Source: Rhynchobatus australiae
Taxonomy: Eukaryota
Direction of reading: 5' to 3'
DNA: 64,000 nt
NCBI GenBank assembly: GCA_034780895.1
Contig: JAUZTB010000084.1
Span: forward strand, 9,404,670-9,468,669
Shown: piece after piece, positions 26,831 to 38,552 of the stretch
Numbering within the stretch: position 1 is the first letter of the stretch
How the letters are laid out: each line of letters opens with the position of its first letter
The notes under the pieces: model-generated
The model's input: the letters and a program-made list of their open reading frames with translations, nothing else
The model's database searches: none
Told to the model about the DNA's origin: nothing
Made by a program: the position numbers and the translations under genes

Positions 26831-27470
26831 CTATCTGCACCCCTTAGTCTTTCTGGTGGGCACAAACTATCTGCAGCTGGAACCTTAGGAGTGACCATAC
26901 TGAACTCAGTGACGGGAATGGAGGCACGAGGTGAGAGATGAGAAGTGTGAGACACTGATCCTGCCAAACACGGCGGGCAGTGACTCTGATTATCCCGTCT
27001 GATGGAGAGTGTAGGGCCGTACCCAGTCGAGAAAGATACCCTTATGGATGTTTCACGGGTTTCCTTCCACTATGATTCCTACATCGGCACGTGGAAGACA
27101 ACTAGAGCAAGAATGGTATACCGAGAACATCTGCTTCTAACAAACATAGCGGGGCAAATACTCCATCAGTCAGTATCAAATTAATATATCCTATAACACA
27201 TCTGGCTCAAGCACGGCTATGTTAAATGTAGCCTGAATAGCAATGCAAAGTATATTCATATAACCTTGTCTTACCCAGGCACGGAATTACTCTAATCAGA
27301 ACCGAATTGGGTGTTCCCCTCATTCTTAATACAGAGGGAAGTTAGTTACAGCAAAATGTCAACTGTCCGACTTTCCACTAAACAATTCCAGCACCGTGCC
27401 GGAATTTTTTTAGCTGCGCACCAGAAACAGCACCCCGCCTCCACCCCAACCACCACCACCACGACCCCAC

Positions 27471-27473
<3 letters not shown>

Positions 27474-27513
<40 letters not shown>
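27474..27513. repeat. (GA)n microsatellite
   Basis: Seen directly. Confidence 0.95.
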
Positions 27514-27517
<4 letters not shown>

Positions 27518-28539
27518 CCCAACTCGGCTTGGTTGGTACAAGACAGGGGGAGATGGAACTGATTGAATCATACCCGAACCATAATTTTCAGGTTAAAGAG
27601 AACTATAGTAAACTCATGCCTGATTACAAGCCGAACAACTATCCTGTAAACTCCAGGACGTAAGCTTGCCATTGTACATAGAAGGTATGAACGGAAATAC
27701 ACACGGCTTATGTACCGCACGAGAACCTGAAGCTTTGTTGTCCATAAAGGAATTAAAAATCTGCAAAACAGTTGCATGGATGTTTCAAGAACCGGAGTAT
27801 GGGAAGGAATGAAGGCTGCCATATTCTGGGACCTTCTTCCGACTACCGTTTTCCGAATTGTTACGTGAACTGGTTCTTGCTCAGGAGCGGCTTGTTAAGA
27901 GCTATTGGAAACAGACACTGAGGCTTCTAGGGAAATCCTGCAAAAGTAGAGATAATTTCCAAATGAGGATTTGTATTTGACATGTTCTGTCGGGTGAGAA
28001 CTGCAGACCTGCGGAATGGCTGTCTGGATCTGTGAATTAAAATAACTTGAGCCCCTAATCTATGACTTGAGCTGCCTGTAACTAGTTTTATGCTTGACTC
28101 AGGGAGAAGAAAGGGAATGACACCAGATGCAAGTCCTTATTTGAGAGATGATCAATTCGGTAATGCTATCTGTATAATTGTGCCAGAGCCAATGAAAGGT
28201 TGACAGAGGCTGGCCAGATAAGGCAGAACCAACAAAATCGAAGCATAACGATGCATAACGGATAAGATCAGAGAATCAGCATGAGGATTTCGGAAGGAGA
28301 GCAACGTGGACACTGCAGACAAACAATTACAGGGAGAAGAATGATCAATCGTTTAGCCAGCGTTTCGTATTCTAAGTGGTTAGCTGGGCGGTAATATAAG
28401 TGGTTGGATAGGGGTCAACACATGGATGAGTACTGGTACAAGAGGATCATTAGCATTAATGACGCAAGGTGTATTACGTGGATATTTACGTGGCTATAAT
28501 AAAGTGTGAATTTTGAATTTGTACGATTCGTGTCCTGAT

Positions 28540-29200
28540 TTACCTGACCTAAGATTTTGGCCAGGAGTCAAAATATCCTTACTGATGAAGACAAGTTGCC
28601 CTCTGCCTTTTTTTGCCACTTTACCTACCTATATTGCCACTTTCAGGAAAGTATGGAATTGCAACCAAAGATTCTTTGGTTGAGGCTTCGAGGCTTCGAA
28701 TGGTTCTGTAATTTACGGTACACTTCCCTGTTGCATTTGGCATCCCAAAGTGCAACAACTCACACTTCTCTGGGTTAAACTCCATCTGCCATATTGTCAA
28801 TTGTCCTATGTCCCGCGAAGAATTTGACAATCTTCCTCATTATCCACAGTTCCGTCAATTTCGATTTCGTCTGCAGCCCTGCGAATCAGCCGACCTATAT
28901 TTTCTGCCAAATCATAGCAAAAACATCAAACAAAAATATCATCACTGATCCTTGTGGAACACTACTGACCACAGAATTCCACTTATACTAACACTATTCC
29001 ACTATCAGCATTTGTTTTCCGTGGCCAAGCCAAATTTGAACCTAATCTCTCAAATTTACATGGATCCCATGCACCTGAACCTTTTGGATCCGTCTAAACA
29101 AGAGGGATCTTGGTGATTTCTTTGCTGGAGTCAATGCAAACAACACTTAATGACCCGCAAAAAGCCGGTCTGACTATCCCTCATGTGTCCAGAAAAGTAA
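28540..29200 (-). mobile_element. CR1 RT fragment
   Basis: WQMEFNPEKCELLHFG motif. Confidence 0.8.
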
Positions 29201-29384
29201 ATCTTATCTCTANNNNNNNNNNNNNNNNNNNNNNNNNNNNNNNNNNNNNNNNNNNNNNNNNNNNNNNNNNNNNNNNNNNNNNNNNNNNNNNNNNNNNNNN
29301 NNNNNNNNNNNNCTATACACTTAGGCATGAATTGCCAATCAGAAATATGTTCCATTGTTCATGAGGTACATCACTTCCTGTCTG

Positions 29385-30180
29385 TAACCTCAAACAAGAA
29401 AGGTGAGATCACCCACTCTCCCCACAATAGACAAGAGGTGATATTTAGGTTGCTCTCTCACTGGGACACTACAGCCAAAGGTGTGATACCCTCTCTCCCT
29501 CACAGTCCTTATACGATTAGATGTACTTTGACCTGATGATCTACCTTGACGTGGCTTTGCACCATATTGCACTGCACTTTCTCTGTAGCTGTGACACTTT
29601 ACTCTGTACTGTGATTGTTACCTGTACTACATCAATGCACTCTGTACTAACCCAATGTAACTGCACCGTGTAATGAATTGACCTTTACGATCGGGTTGCA
29701 AGATGTTTTTCACTGTACCTCGGTACAAGTGACAATAATAAACCAATACCAATACCCTTTCTCCCTCACAGTGATGCGACAAACAGAAGGGAGGTCACCC
29801 TTTCTCCCTCACTGAGATCCAACAAGAAGAGATGAGATCTCCCTCTCCCCTGCACTGGAACCCTACAGAGGTGAGATATCCATCTCCCCCTCACCGAGAC
29901 CTCCGCAAACCGAGTTGAGATCTCACCCCCTCACCTTCACTGGGATCCAAAACAGAGGCAAGATCTATCTCTCCCCCTCACTGAGACTCCACAGAAAGAG
30001 GTGAGTCAATGTCGCCCGTATACAGGTATCCTACAGAGAGGTGAGTTCCCCTTCACCCCCTCACTGGGACCCACGGACAGAGATGAGATCTCCCTCTCTC
30101 TCTTATTGGAGACCACAGAACTGAGATCTCTCTCTGACACTCACTGGGACCCGATGGACAGGAATGAGCCCCATCTCTTG
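29385..30180. repeat. Degenerate ~38-40 bp minisatellite interrupted by a LINE tail
   Basis: Recurring gagatctccctctccccctcactgggaccccacagagaggt-like unit. Confidence 0.8.
29507..29751 (+). mobile_element. 5'-truncated Rex-type LINE 3' UTR with ~21-bp flanking duplication
   Basis: Ends gtgacaataataaaccaatacc. ataccct(c/t)tctccctcacagt occurs at 29486-29506 and 29752-29772. Confidence 0.75.
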
Positions 30181-30345
30181 TACATCAAAATATAAACAAT
30201 TTTATTGCTATCTCTCTCTTTCTCTCCCTCTTTCTCTCTCTCTCTNNNNNNNNNNNNNNNNNNNNNNNNNNNNNNNNNNNNNNNNNNNNNNNNNNNNNNN
30301 NNNNNNNNNNNNNNNNNNNNNNNNNNNNNNNNNNNNNNNNNNNNN

Positions 30346-30840
30346 ACTTCAATTTGGACCAGTCCCTTATTCGTACATTCCGTCAGAACCATACGGCCAA
30401 ACCCCGTGGATCGCCTGGAGGATCCGGTTTAAGGGGGTGGGTATTGTCATGGTTCCTAGTGCTCTCCCTCGATTCAGCCCCATTGATGGTGCCTTGCTGT
30501 GTGGCAAATGGATTCCATATACATGGATCGCATGATGACACACACTTGAGTCCCAGCAGGAGACCAGCATAAGAAACCTGGTTTTACTAGCACTAGCTGC
30601 CAGAGTACCTCTGGGTATCCTTCGTCTCCACGCTGCTTGGAGCTGTCAACTCGAGAGCAGTCCTAGTTTCACTTATCTCCTTGAAAATCCTGTTTACGTT
30701 TCGGGACTCCATCTCAGAGCCCCGAAGAAAGATTCCTTCTCGTCGCAGCGTGCGTTCGGTTCCGTGGAAGCATCCCGACTCCAGTCCCCTGCCGTGGTAC
30801 CGCACTTGGGTACTCCGCGATCTCGTGTGATGCTCTGACA
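30346..30840 (+). mobile_element. 3' end of chromoviral Gypsy: pol tail, PPT and 3' LTR (30445-30840)
   Basis: LDQSLIRTFRQNH..P resembles the post-chromodomain LDPSLIxxFHxxHP motif. Purine tract aagggggtggg lies just before TGTCATGG; the LTR ends TGACA. Confidence 0.75.
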
Positions 30841-31399
30841 GCGCGATTCGAAATCTAATGACAACCACATATAATATGTTGCAATATGTTGAAGCACCCA
30901 AAAGGCGATTTTTCCAGTCCCCTTAACTTTCCGTGTTGGCGTTTCACGATCCCGATACCTTACTGTAATAGCCCAGTCTTCTATTCCTATTGTTCGCTCT
31001 CGCTTCTCCCTCGGTGGAGAGCCGCTGATCTCTGTCAATGCTGAAGTGGGTGGTCTTGCTGAAACTGCGAGAAATGTGTAAAAAGGACGCTTGTTAATAG
31101 AAGAGGAAAATCCTCCTGTGACACAATCGGTCCCCACTGAAATGAAGTTAATTGTGTTCCATAAAATGACACGAGCTTTTTACCCTATATTTGCAAATTG
31201 CTCGATCAACATGAATAGGGATAATGCAAAAGGCTTGGTGTAGGCCGGACTCTACAACGAACGCTCACAGCACTGGAGAGGTCCCTGATGCAAATGACCA
31301 GGTATTTAGACTTGTACTATGGTCTGTGATAAAGGAGAAAGAGAGCACATTGTAGTAACTCTAACAATGTATCACCTGGATGGATTTCGACTGCATGAG

Positions 31400-34000
31400 T
31401 CAAGTTCAGCGTCGGAATCTCACAAACAGCTGTGGAACAAAAAGTCTCAGGCTGAGGTTAGAAACTTAAGGACAGAAGAGGTTGCGAGAGAGAGCGAAGA
31501 AGTGGTAGATGGAATACAGTGATAGGAAGTGTCGAGTTATTCACTTTCGCTGGAAGAATAAAGGTGCATGTCATTTTCTAACTGAGGAGAACATTAAAAT
31601 AATCATAGGTGGAAATGGATCTTGGAGTAGTTGAAGGTTAATTTACAGGTTAAATTGGGTGTAAATACGGCAAATGCAATGTTAGCATTCATTTCGACAG
31701 GACCAGAACATACCAGCAAGGATGTGCTGCTGATGCTTTANNNNNNNNNNNNNNNNNNNNNNNNNNNNNNNNNNNNNNNNNNNNNNNNNNNNNNNNNNNN
31801 NNNNNNNNNNNNNNNNNNNNNNNNNNNNNNNNNNNNNNNNGAGGTTAGAAACTTAAGGACGGAAGAGTTTGCGAGAGAGGGCGAAGAAGTGGTAGATGGA
31901 ATACAGTGATAGGAAGTGTCGGGTCATTCACTGTCGCTGGAAGAATAAAGGTGCATGTTATTTTCTAACTGAGGAGAAAATTAAAATAATCAGAGGTGCA
32001 AATGGATCTTGGAGTAGTTGAAGGTTAATTTACAGGTTAAATTGGTAGTAAATACGGCAAATGCAATGTTAGCATTCATTTCGAGAGGACCAGAACATAA
32101 CAGCAAGGATGTACTGCTGATGCTTTATCAGGCATTAATGAGACTGCATTTGAAATATTGCGAGTAAGTTTGGAAACCGTACCTAAAGAAGGATGTGCTG
32201 GCGCTGGATAGTGTCCAGAGGGGGCTCACGTAAACGATCCCAGGAATGAAAGGCTTAACATCTGTGGGGCGTTTAGACCTCTGTGCCTGTATTCAATGAA
32301 ACTCAGAAGGATGAAGAGATACTTTGAAATCTACCGGATACAGAAAGATCCAAAGAGTGGTCGCAGAAGTATGTTTCCATTAGTAAGAGGGTCTATGATC
32401 TGAGGGCTCAGCCTCAGATTGAAAGGGCGTCCATTTAAAACTGAAAAGAGGAGGAATTTGTTGAGCCAGAGGGTGGTGAATCTGTGGATTTCGTTGCCAG
32501 AAAGGGTGTATTTAAGGAAGAGATTGATAGAGTATTAATTGGTAAGGTGATTAAGGGTTACGGGGAGAAGGCGGGAGAATGGGATAAAAACGAACCATGA
32601 TTGGATGACCGAGAAGACTCGATGAGCCGAATGGCGCAATTCTGATCCTATATCTTACGGTTATGATCCGATACAAATTGCATGGGTATTAGGCAGGAAT
32701 GAGGGAGAGTTAATTGGAGACAGCTGTTCCGGGGCAAGTCCACATCTGATGCGTGGAGGATGTTTAACCACCAACTACATGGAGTACTGGAGAGGTGTTT
32801 TACAGTAAGAAGGAAGGAAAAACAGGACAAGTATGGCAAAGGAAACTGAACTGATGAGAGAGATGGTGAATTTATCAAGAAAAAAAGGAATCATGCGTAA
32901 GTTCTAGGAAGCGAGAATCAAACGAAACGCTGGAGGATTTTCAAGAATGCAGGAAAAAACTCAGTTGGGGAAATAGGAGAGTCAGGTGGGGCCACAGAAG
33001 TCCTTGGCAAGTAGAGTTAAAGAGGATACCAAGGCATTTTACTCATATATCAAGAGCAAAAGGATCGCAATGGAGTGGGCAGAGCCACTCAAGGATGTAC
33101 TTGGGAGGCGAAGGATGTGAGCGAGCTCCTGAATGAGGACATTGTGCGGGTATTTACCAAGGAGAAGAAAGTGGAGAACAGTGAGATCAGTGAGGAGCGT
33201 GCTCATATGCTGGGGCATTTTGAGATGAAGAAAGAGGCAGCGTTGGGTCTCCTTGAGAACTTTAAGTGGGATAAGTTCAGAGGGTGGAAAAAGACCTTTA
33301 CCCGGATGCTGCCTGGATGATAGAACATGGACAACTTGTGTTGTTTTCTCTGGAGCGCTGGAGATTCAGGGGAGACCTGACAGAAGTTTATAATTTTTTA
33401 AAGCCCCAGATAGAGCAGGCAGCCAGTAACTTTTTCTCAGAGCCGAAATGTCTAATACAAGAGGGCTTGCATTCAATGTGAGGAGGAGTTAGTTCAAAGG
33501 AGATGTAGGGGTCCGGTTATTCACGCAAAGAGTGGGAGGTGACTGGAATGCTCTGCCAGGGGGTTGGTGGCAGCAAATACGATAGAGACGTTTGATAAGC
33601 TCTTATAGAGACACATGAATGAGACGAAAATGGAGGGATATGTGCCATGTGTAGGCACAACTGTGAGATATAATCCGTGCTCACAATCACCATGCCAGAG
33701 ACAAAGTCTTGGAAACAAGAAAACCATTTATTTACGANNNNNNNNNNNNNNNNNNNNNNNNNNNNNNNNNNNNNNNNNNNNNNNNNNNNNNNNNNNNNNN
33801 NNNNNNNNNNNNNNNNNNNNNNNNNNNNNNNNNNNNNGACGTTTGATAAGCTCTTATAGAGACACATGAATGAGACGAAAATGGAGGGATATATGCCATG
33901 TGTCGGCACAACTGATCAGTTTTGTTTGGTGTTCAATTGCTAGTTCAGTACAACATCGTGGACTGAAGGACCCGTTCCTCTGCTGTGTTGTACTCTGTTA
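31400..34000 (+). mobile_element. CR1 LINE fragments (at least two 3' ends)
   Basis: ANAMLAFIS, KDVLLML and FSLERWRFRGDLTEVY motifs, with 3' tails near 32650 and 33990. Confidence 0.8.
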
Positions 34001-36099
34001 CATAATCAAAGTTTTATTTGTAAGAAGTGATACATTTTATGAGGGGTAATAACGGTAACGCAAACGCAAGAGTGGGACAGCCTCAGGAAATATTGAGAAC
34101 AGATGTATATTTGTGTAAGGAGCCCCCTTAAGATAAAAACGTTGACATAGTCATTCTGGTTGCATGTATTCGTAAGCCTTAAATGAAATTGAACAGGCTG
34201 TAGGTCATTTAAAGGCATTTTGTTGGCAATAGCTGGGATGATGGGTGCTGTTTGGATAGCACACTCTCGTAAGACCGTGATTCTCTGGAGGGTTGCACAA
34301 ACGATTCAGCTGGACTTTGCATGGGGTGAAACCTTTTAGTTATGAGGAGGGACTGCATAGTCTGGGTTTGTTTTCCTTGTGGCGGACAAGGCTGCAGGGG
34401 TAGCCGAGGAACATAATGTTATGAAGGGCTCGCATAAGGAAGGTAGTCGCACTCTTTTCCTGATAAAAGACCAGAGCGCACATCTGCATGGAAGTAGGAG
34501 GGTTTTAGGGGATCTCACTGTGTGTAATTCACCCGGTGAATATTTACAATCTGGAATACATCACTTGAGAAGGCAATGCAGGGAACGTACACTCTCAACA
34601 CCAGATGTATGTCGACTAACACTTGAATCGGCAAGGCACAGAAGGCTATGGAGAAAGTGCTGCGGAATGGGAGAGCTTCAGATTGGTGATGGATAGTCGG
34701 CGTTGGTATGTAGGCTGAAGGGCCTCTTTCTGTGACGCATGATCATTTGATTCAATGATAACATCAAGGGCAGTCTCCGACACACGTGGGCTGTGTGCCA
34801 TACACGATGGACTACCTGTTCTTAAAGTGGTATGTAATACAGACATGGTGGGCGTTCTGCTTCAACTTTGATCTATGACACAGATACGCCGGTCCCTAAT
34901 GTACACTTCGTGTGCCAGGTTTGCTTTACCTCTGGTTACTAATATAAATGTGGTAAGGCAGTTCGTTCTTCTCCGGCGCCTGTAAATCAGACAAACTGAA
35001 GACATTCGGCTTTCCTTGATGATCTGATGGTGTCCAGCTGACAGTTAACGAGTTCTCCCTTACATGAAAATACTCGGAGATACAGGACTCTTATTTGAAA
35101 CGAAGAGGGCGCGGTTGATATTAACAGGATCTCAGAACATTCGGTAAGGACTGTGGAACACGTTCTGCTTTGCAAATCGCCGATGCATTCAAAATAAACG
35201 TTACCTATATTCAGATACATTTACACATGGTGAATTACCCTTGCGTTCCGTACACTTCACAATAACAACGGCCACTTGGCAACCAAGTACATGAATAAGA
35301 ATAATATCTTGTTCCGAGAAAGAAATGTTCAAGGACTGATCTCAATATCGACGGAGTAAAGGAAGAACATAACAATTAAATACATTGTATATTTGTATCG
35401 TCACCATCGGAATTGTCAATGAAGTCACTATTGGTGTTGCTCTGAAGCTGCGAAATGCTTTGGTGAGCCCACATTTGCAACAGTATAACCGCAGTTTAGC
35501 CACTTGTAGAATATATTGCGAAATTCCGGTGGGCTCACTACAGGACGGAAGTGGAGGCTTTGGAAAGACTGCAGATAGGTTTCACCAGGAGAAAGTCATA
35601 TAATTGAATAGCATGGAATCAGAAATCAGAACCAACTCATCCATGCCAATCAAAATATCGTCCAAGCAAATGTCGTCCAAGCAAATGTCTGCTTGTATTT
35701 GGCCCATAACCCTCCAAACCTTTCCTGTCGACGTACCTGTCCAAGTGTATTTTAAATATTGAAAATTTGCAAGACTTTATAGCATCCTCCGTTGGTTCCA
35801 TGGACCAACCCCCGTTAGTGTGAATAAACGTTAGGCCCTCTCGTTTTAAATTCCTCTGCACTGAGAATAAAGACTTTGAACATACAACTTGTCCAACACT
35901 TCATGATTTAATAAATCAACACTCAGCCTTCTGCGCTCCACAAGAAAACGCCGTAATTTATCGAGTATCTCCTGATAGCTCAAACTGCGCACGATGCTCC
36001 ATGTGTGGTTTCACTAACGACTTGCACATTTGTAAATTGATCTCACAACTACTGCAATCGACGCCCTTACGAATGATGTCAAGCACATCAGGGAAATAT

Positions 36100-36523
36100 C
36101 AGGGTGGCTTGCAAAAGTTTGTACACCCCTGTTCAAAATTTATGTTACTGTGAATATTTAAGTGAATAGAAAATGTACTGATCTGCAAATGTCAAAAAAC
36201 TTAAAGATGGAACATTCTTTTCAATATTTTAAGCAATATTTAGTTTACTATTTTCTCTTTTGTACAATTCTAGAGGGAAGAAAAGGGAAGGAGCGTCATG
36301 TAAAAGTTTGGGCACCCCAAGAGGTGTGAGCTCTCAGATAACTTTTACCAAGGTTTGAGACCTTCATTAGTTTGTTTGGGCTATGTCTTGTTCACAGTAA
36401 TCGTTAGGAAAGGCCAGGTAATGTAAAATTCCAAGCGTTATAAATAGCCTTACTCCTCAAACCTTGTCCCAACAATAAGCAGCCATGGGCTCCTCTAAGC
36501 AGCTGCCCAGCAGTCTGAAAATT
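36100..36523 (+). mobile_element. Tc1-like DNA transposon left end (IR/DR) and transposase start
   Basis: Direct repeats aaaagtttg(ta/gg)cacccc at 36113 and 36302, tataaa, then ATG at 36485 (MGSSKQLPSSLKI); truncated after that. Confidence 0.75.
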
Positions 36524-36689
36524 CACTCGAAGTCACTCCCAAAATAACAAAGAGCTGTTGTTACTGTAAAATCGTCCTCTATTCTTTTGAAGAGAGTGAT
36601 TCTTATCAGGAATTCATTGCGCTGCAGGTACCCGGGTCGCCAGTGCCTCCCTCCTTGGTCTCAGCTGGGAGCTCCGTTGCTGGCTATTA

Positions 36690-37210
36690 AATAAAACATT
36701 GAACAATACAGTACAGAAACAGGCCATTCGGACCACCACGTCTGTGCCGAGCATGATGGTATTTTAAACATCGCCTCTACCTGCACATGATAAATATCCT
36801 CCCATTCCACGCATATTCATATGCCTATCTAAACTCCCCTTGAACGTCATTATCATATCTGCTTCACCACTGTCCCTGCCATCCCAATCTGGGAGCCCAC
36901 CACTCTCTGTGTAAGAAGCTTGACCGTGCATCATCTTTAAACTTCCCCTTTTCTTTTATTAACTGAATGCTCTCTGGTATTTGATATTTCTACCTAGGGA
37001 AAAAAGATTTTGTATGTCTACCTATGTGCGGTTCGCAGAATTTAATAAACTTAAATCTGGTCTCTACTCAGCCTCCGATGCTCCGGCGTAAACAACTCAG
37101 GATGTCCAAACTCTCAGAAGATCTCATTCCCTCTATCCCAGGCAACATCCTGGCAAACGTCTCTTGCGAACTTCCCAGGCATCTAGATCCTTCCTGGAAT
37201 GTGGCAATCA
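36690..37210 (-). mobile_element. CR1 3' fragment
   Basis: Reverse-complement CR1 tail and RT end. Confidence 0.7.
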
Positions 37211-38439
37211 GATTCTTATTATTTTCAGTCTTGCTCCCAGTAATTCTTCACTGCCTCTGTCGTCCTTTATCTCTCTTAATCAATTCAGATGCATGTACTC
37301 AAAAATCGTCTGTTTGTTTTCCTATTCGACTGTTTATCGCATGGATGTCCTATGTTTGGCATTGTTCCGCTTTTATTCTGAATTCTTCGGATTCATCTCT
37401 TCCCTTTACTTCCTATTTGTTTGTGTAACACTACAATCCCTGTTCGTACTTTATATTTGTGAAATTAGTACATGCCTCTGCATTAAAAACAATCACATGT
37501 CACGAGATATAACAGTCTAGGTGAGTGACAAAGCAAAGTTGTTTGATGGCGTATCACTGAGACGTTCTCCCCCCATTATATCTCTCACTCGGTTATTGTG
37601 TTATTGTAATTTTTGTGTTTCTTCTTGCACAACTGCAGATTTCACTAAATTCTTTGCACCATTCCGCTAATTTTTGCTCTCGTAGTTGTATTTATTGTTG
37701 TGTTTATTATTACGATATATGCTGTTTAATCTGCGAGTTTAATACGGATAAGGCCATTTCGTATACAGTTGTGTATGTGACAAAAACCTGATGTGATCCA
37801 ATCTTGTCTAATTCTATCCAATCTCTTCTCATTTTATCAAAAATGTCACAGTTCCGACATGAAGCCAGCTGTTTACAGACGGACCGCATGCTTGTCTTGC
37901 TACATCACTTCAATGGGAGGAATGTGAAACTGCGGGCGCTCTGAGATGGCGCTTTCATCCAAGCTTCCTCTGGTAGTGCTTTCAGCAATTGCGGGACAAT
38001 CGCTGTCATGATGAAAATGAAATCAGAAGATGCTAGAAACTTCAACAGGAGATGGTAAGAAAATGGAGTTAAGGTTTCAGGAAAAAGACACTTTGTCAAA
38101 TGTTACTGACATGATAAGTATTTCCAGCATTTTCTGTTTTCATTCCGGATTTCCGCCGTGTATTTCTTGACTTTCACACCAGACTTGACCATCATTCTTC
38201 ATATTCTGAGAGTCCCATTGCGTCTCCAATGCTCAGTTCTAAACTTAACAACTTTGTTGAGTTGAACGGACTCACCCCCCATTCCCCTCAAAAAGAAAGG
38301 AACAAGAGAAGAAGGAAACGGATCATTCAACCATTTATATTTATTGGTACGGCCGTTAAAAGAGGTCTCCCCCTCCACCCCGAGAGTGAATCGACAGTGT
38401 ACCAAAAATAAATGTAAATTGATTCCCGTAGCGAAGGCG

Positions 38440-38552
38440 TCATTGCGTGGTGAGCGGTCTGCAACATACGAGCCCGTGAGAGCAGCTTCCAAACTGGTAC
38501 TCTTTGTTGATGCAGTACTGAGCACAACATGCACCTATAGAGCGGTAATTAA
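38440..38552 (-). CDS. Beta-defensin-like mature-peptide exon (terminal, phase 1)
   Basis: Acceptor tttatgatttacag|. Translation xNYRSIGACCAQYCINKEYQFGSCSHGLVCCRPLTTQ*. Spacing [Y]-x6-C-x3-C-x9-C-x5-CC with GxC. AATAAA on minus at 38340-38345. Confidence 0.75.

Noticed and set aside
27859-28530. LTR-like block (TG start, TATA, AATAAA)
   Set aside because: No clear CA end or TSD found.
29385-30180. Repeat-spacer appearance suggesting CRISPR
   Set aside because: Vertebrate DNA, degenerate tandem units without unique spacers, and no cas genes.
34930-34979. Minus-strand 50-nt exon candidate with a defensin-like acceptor
   Set aside because: No recognisable peptide, and the phase-1 frame stops early.
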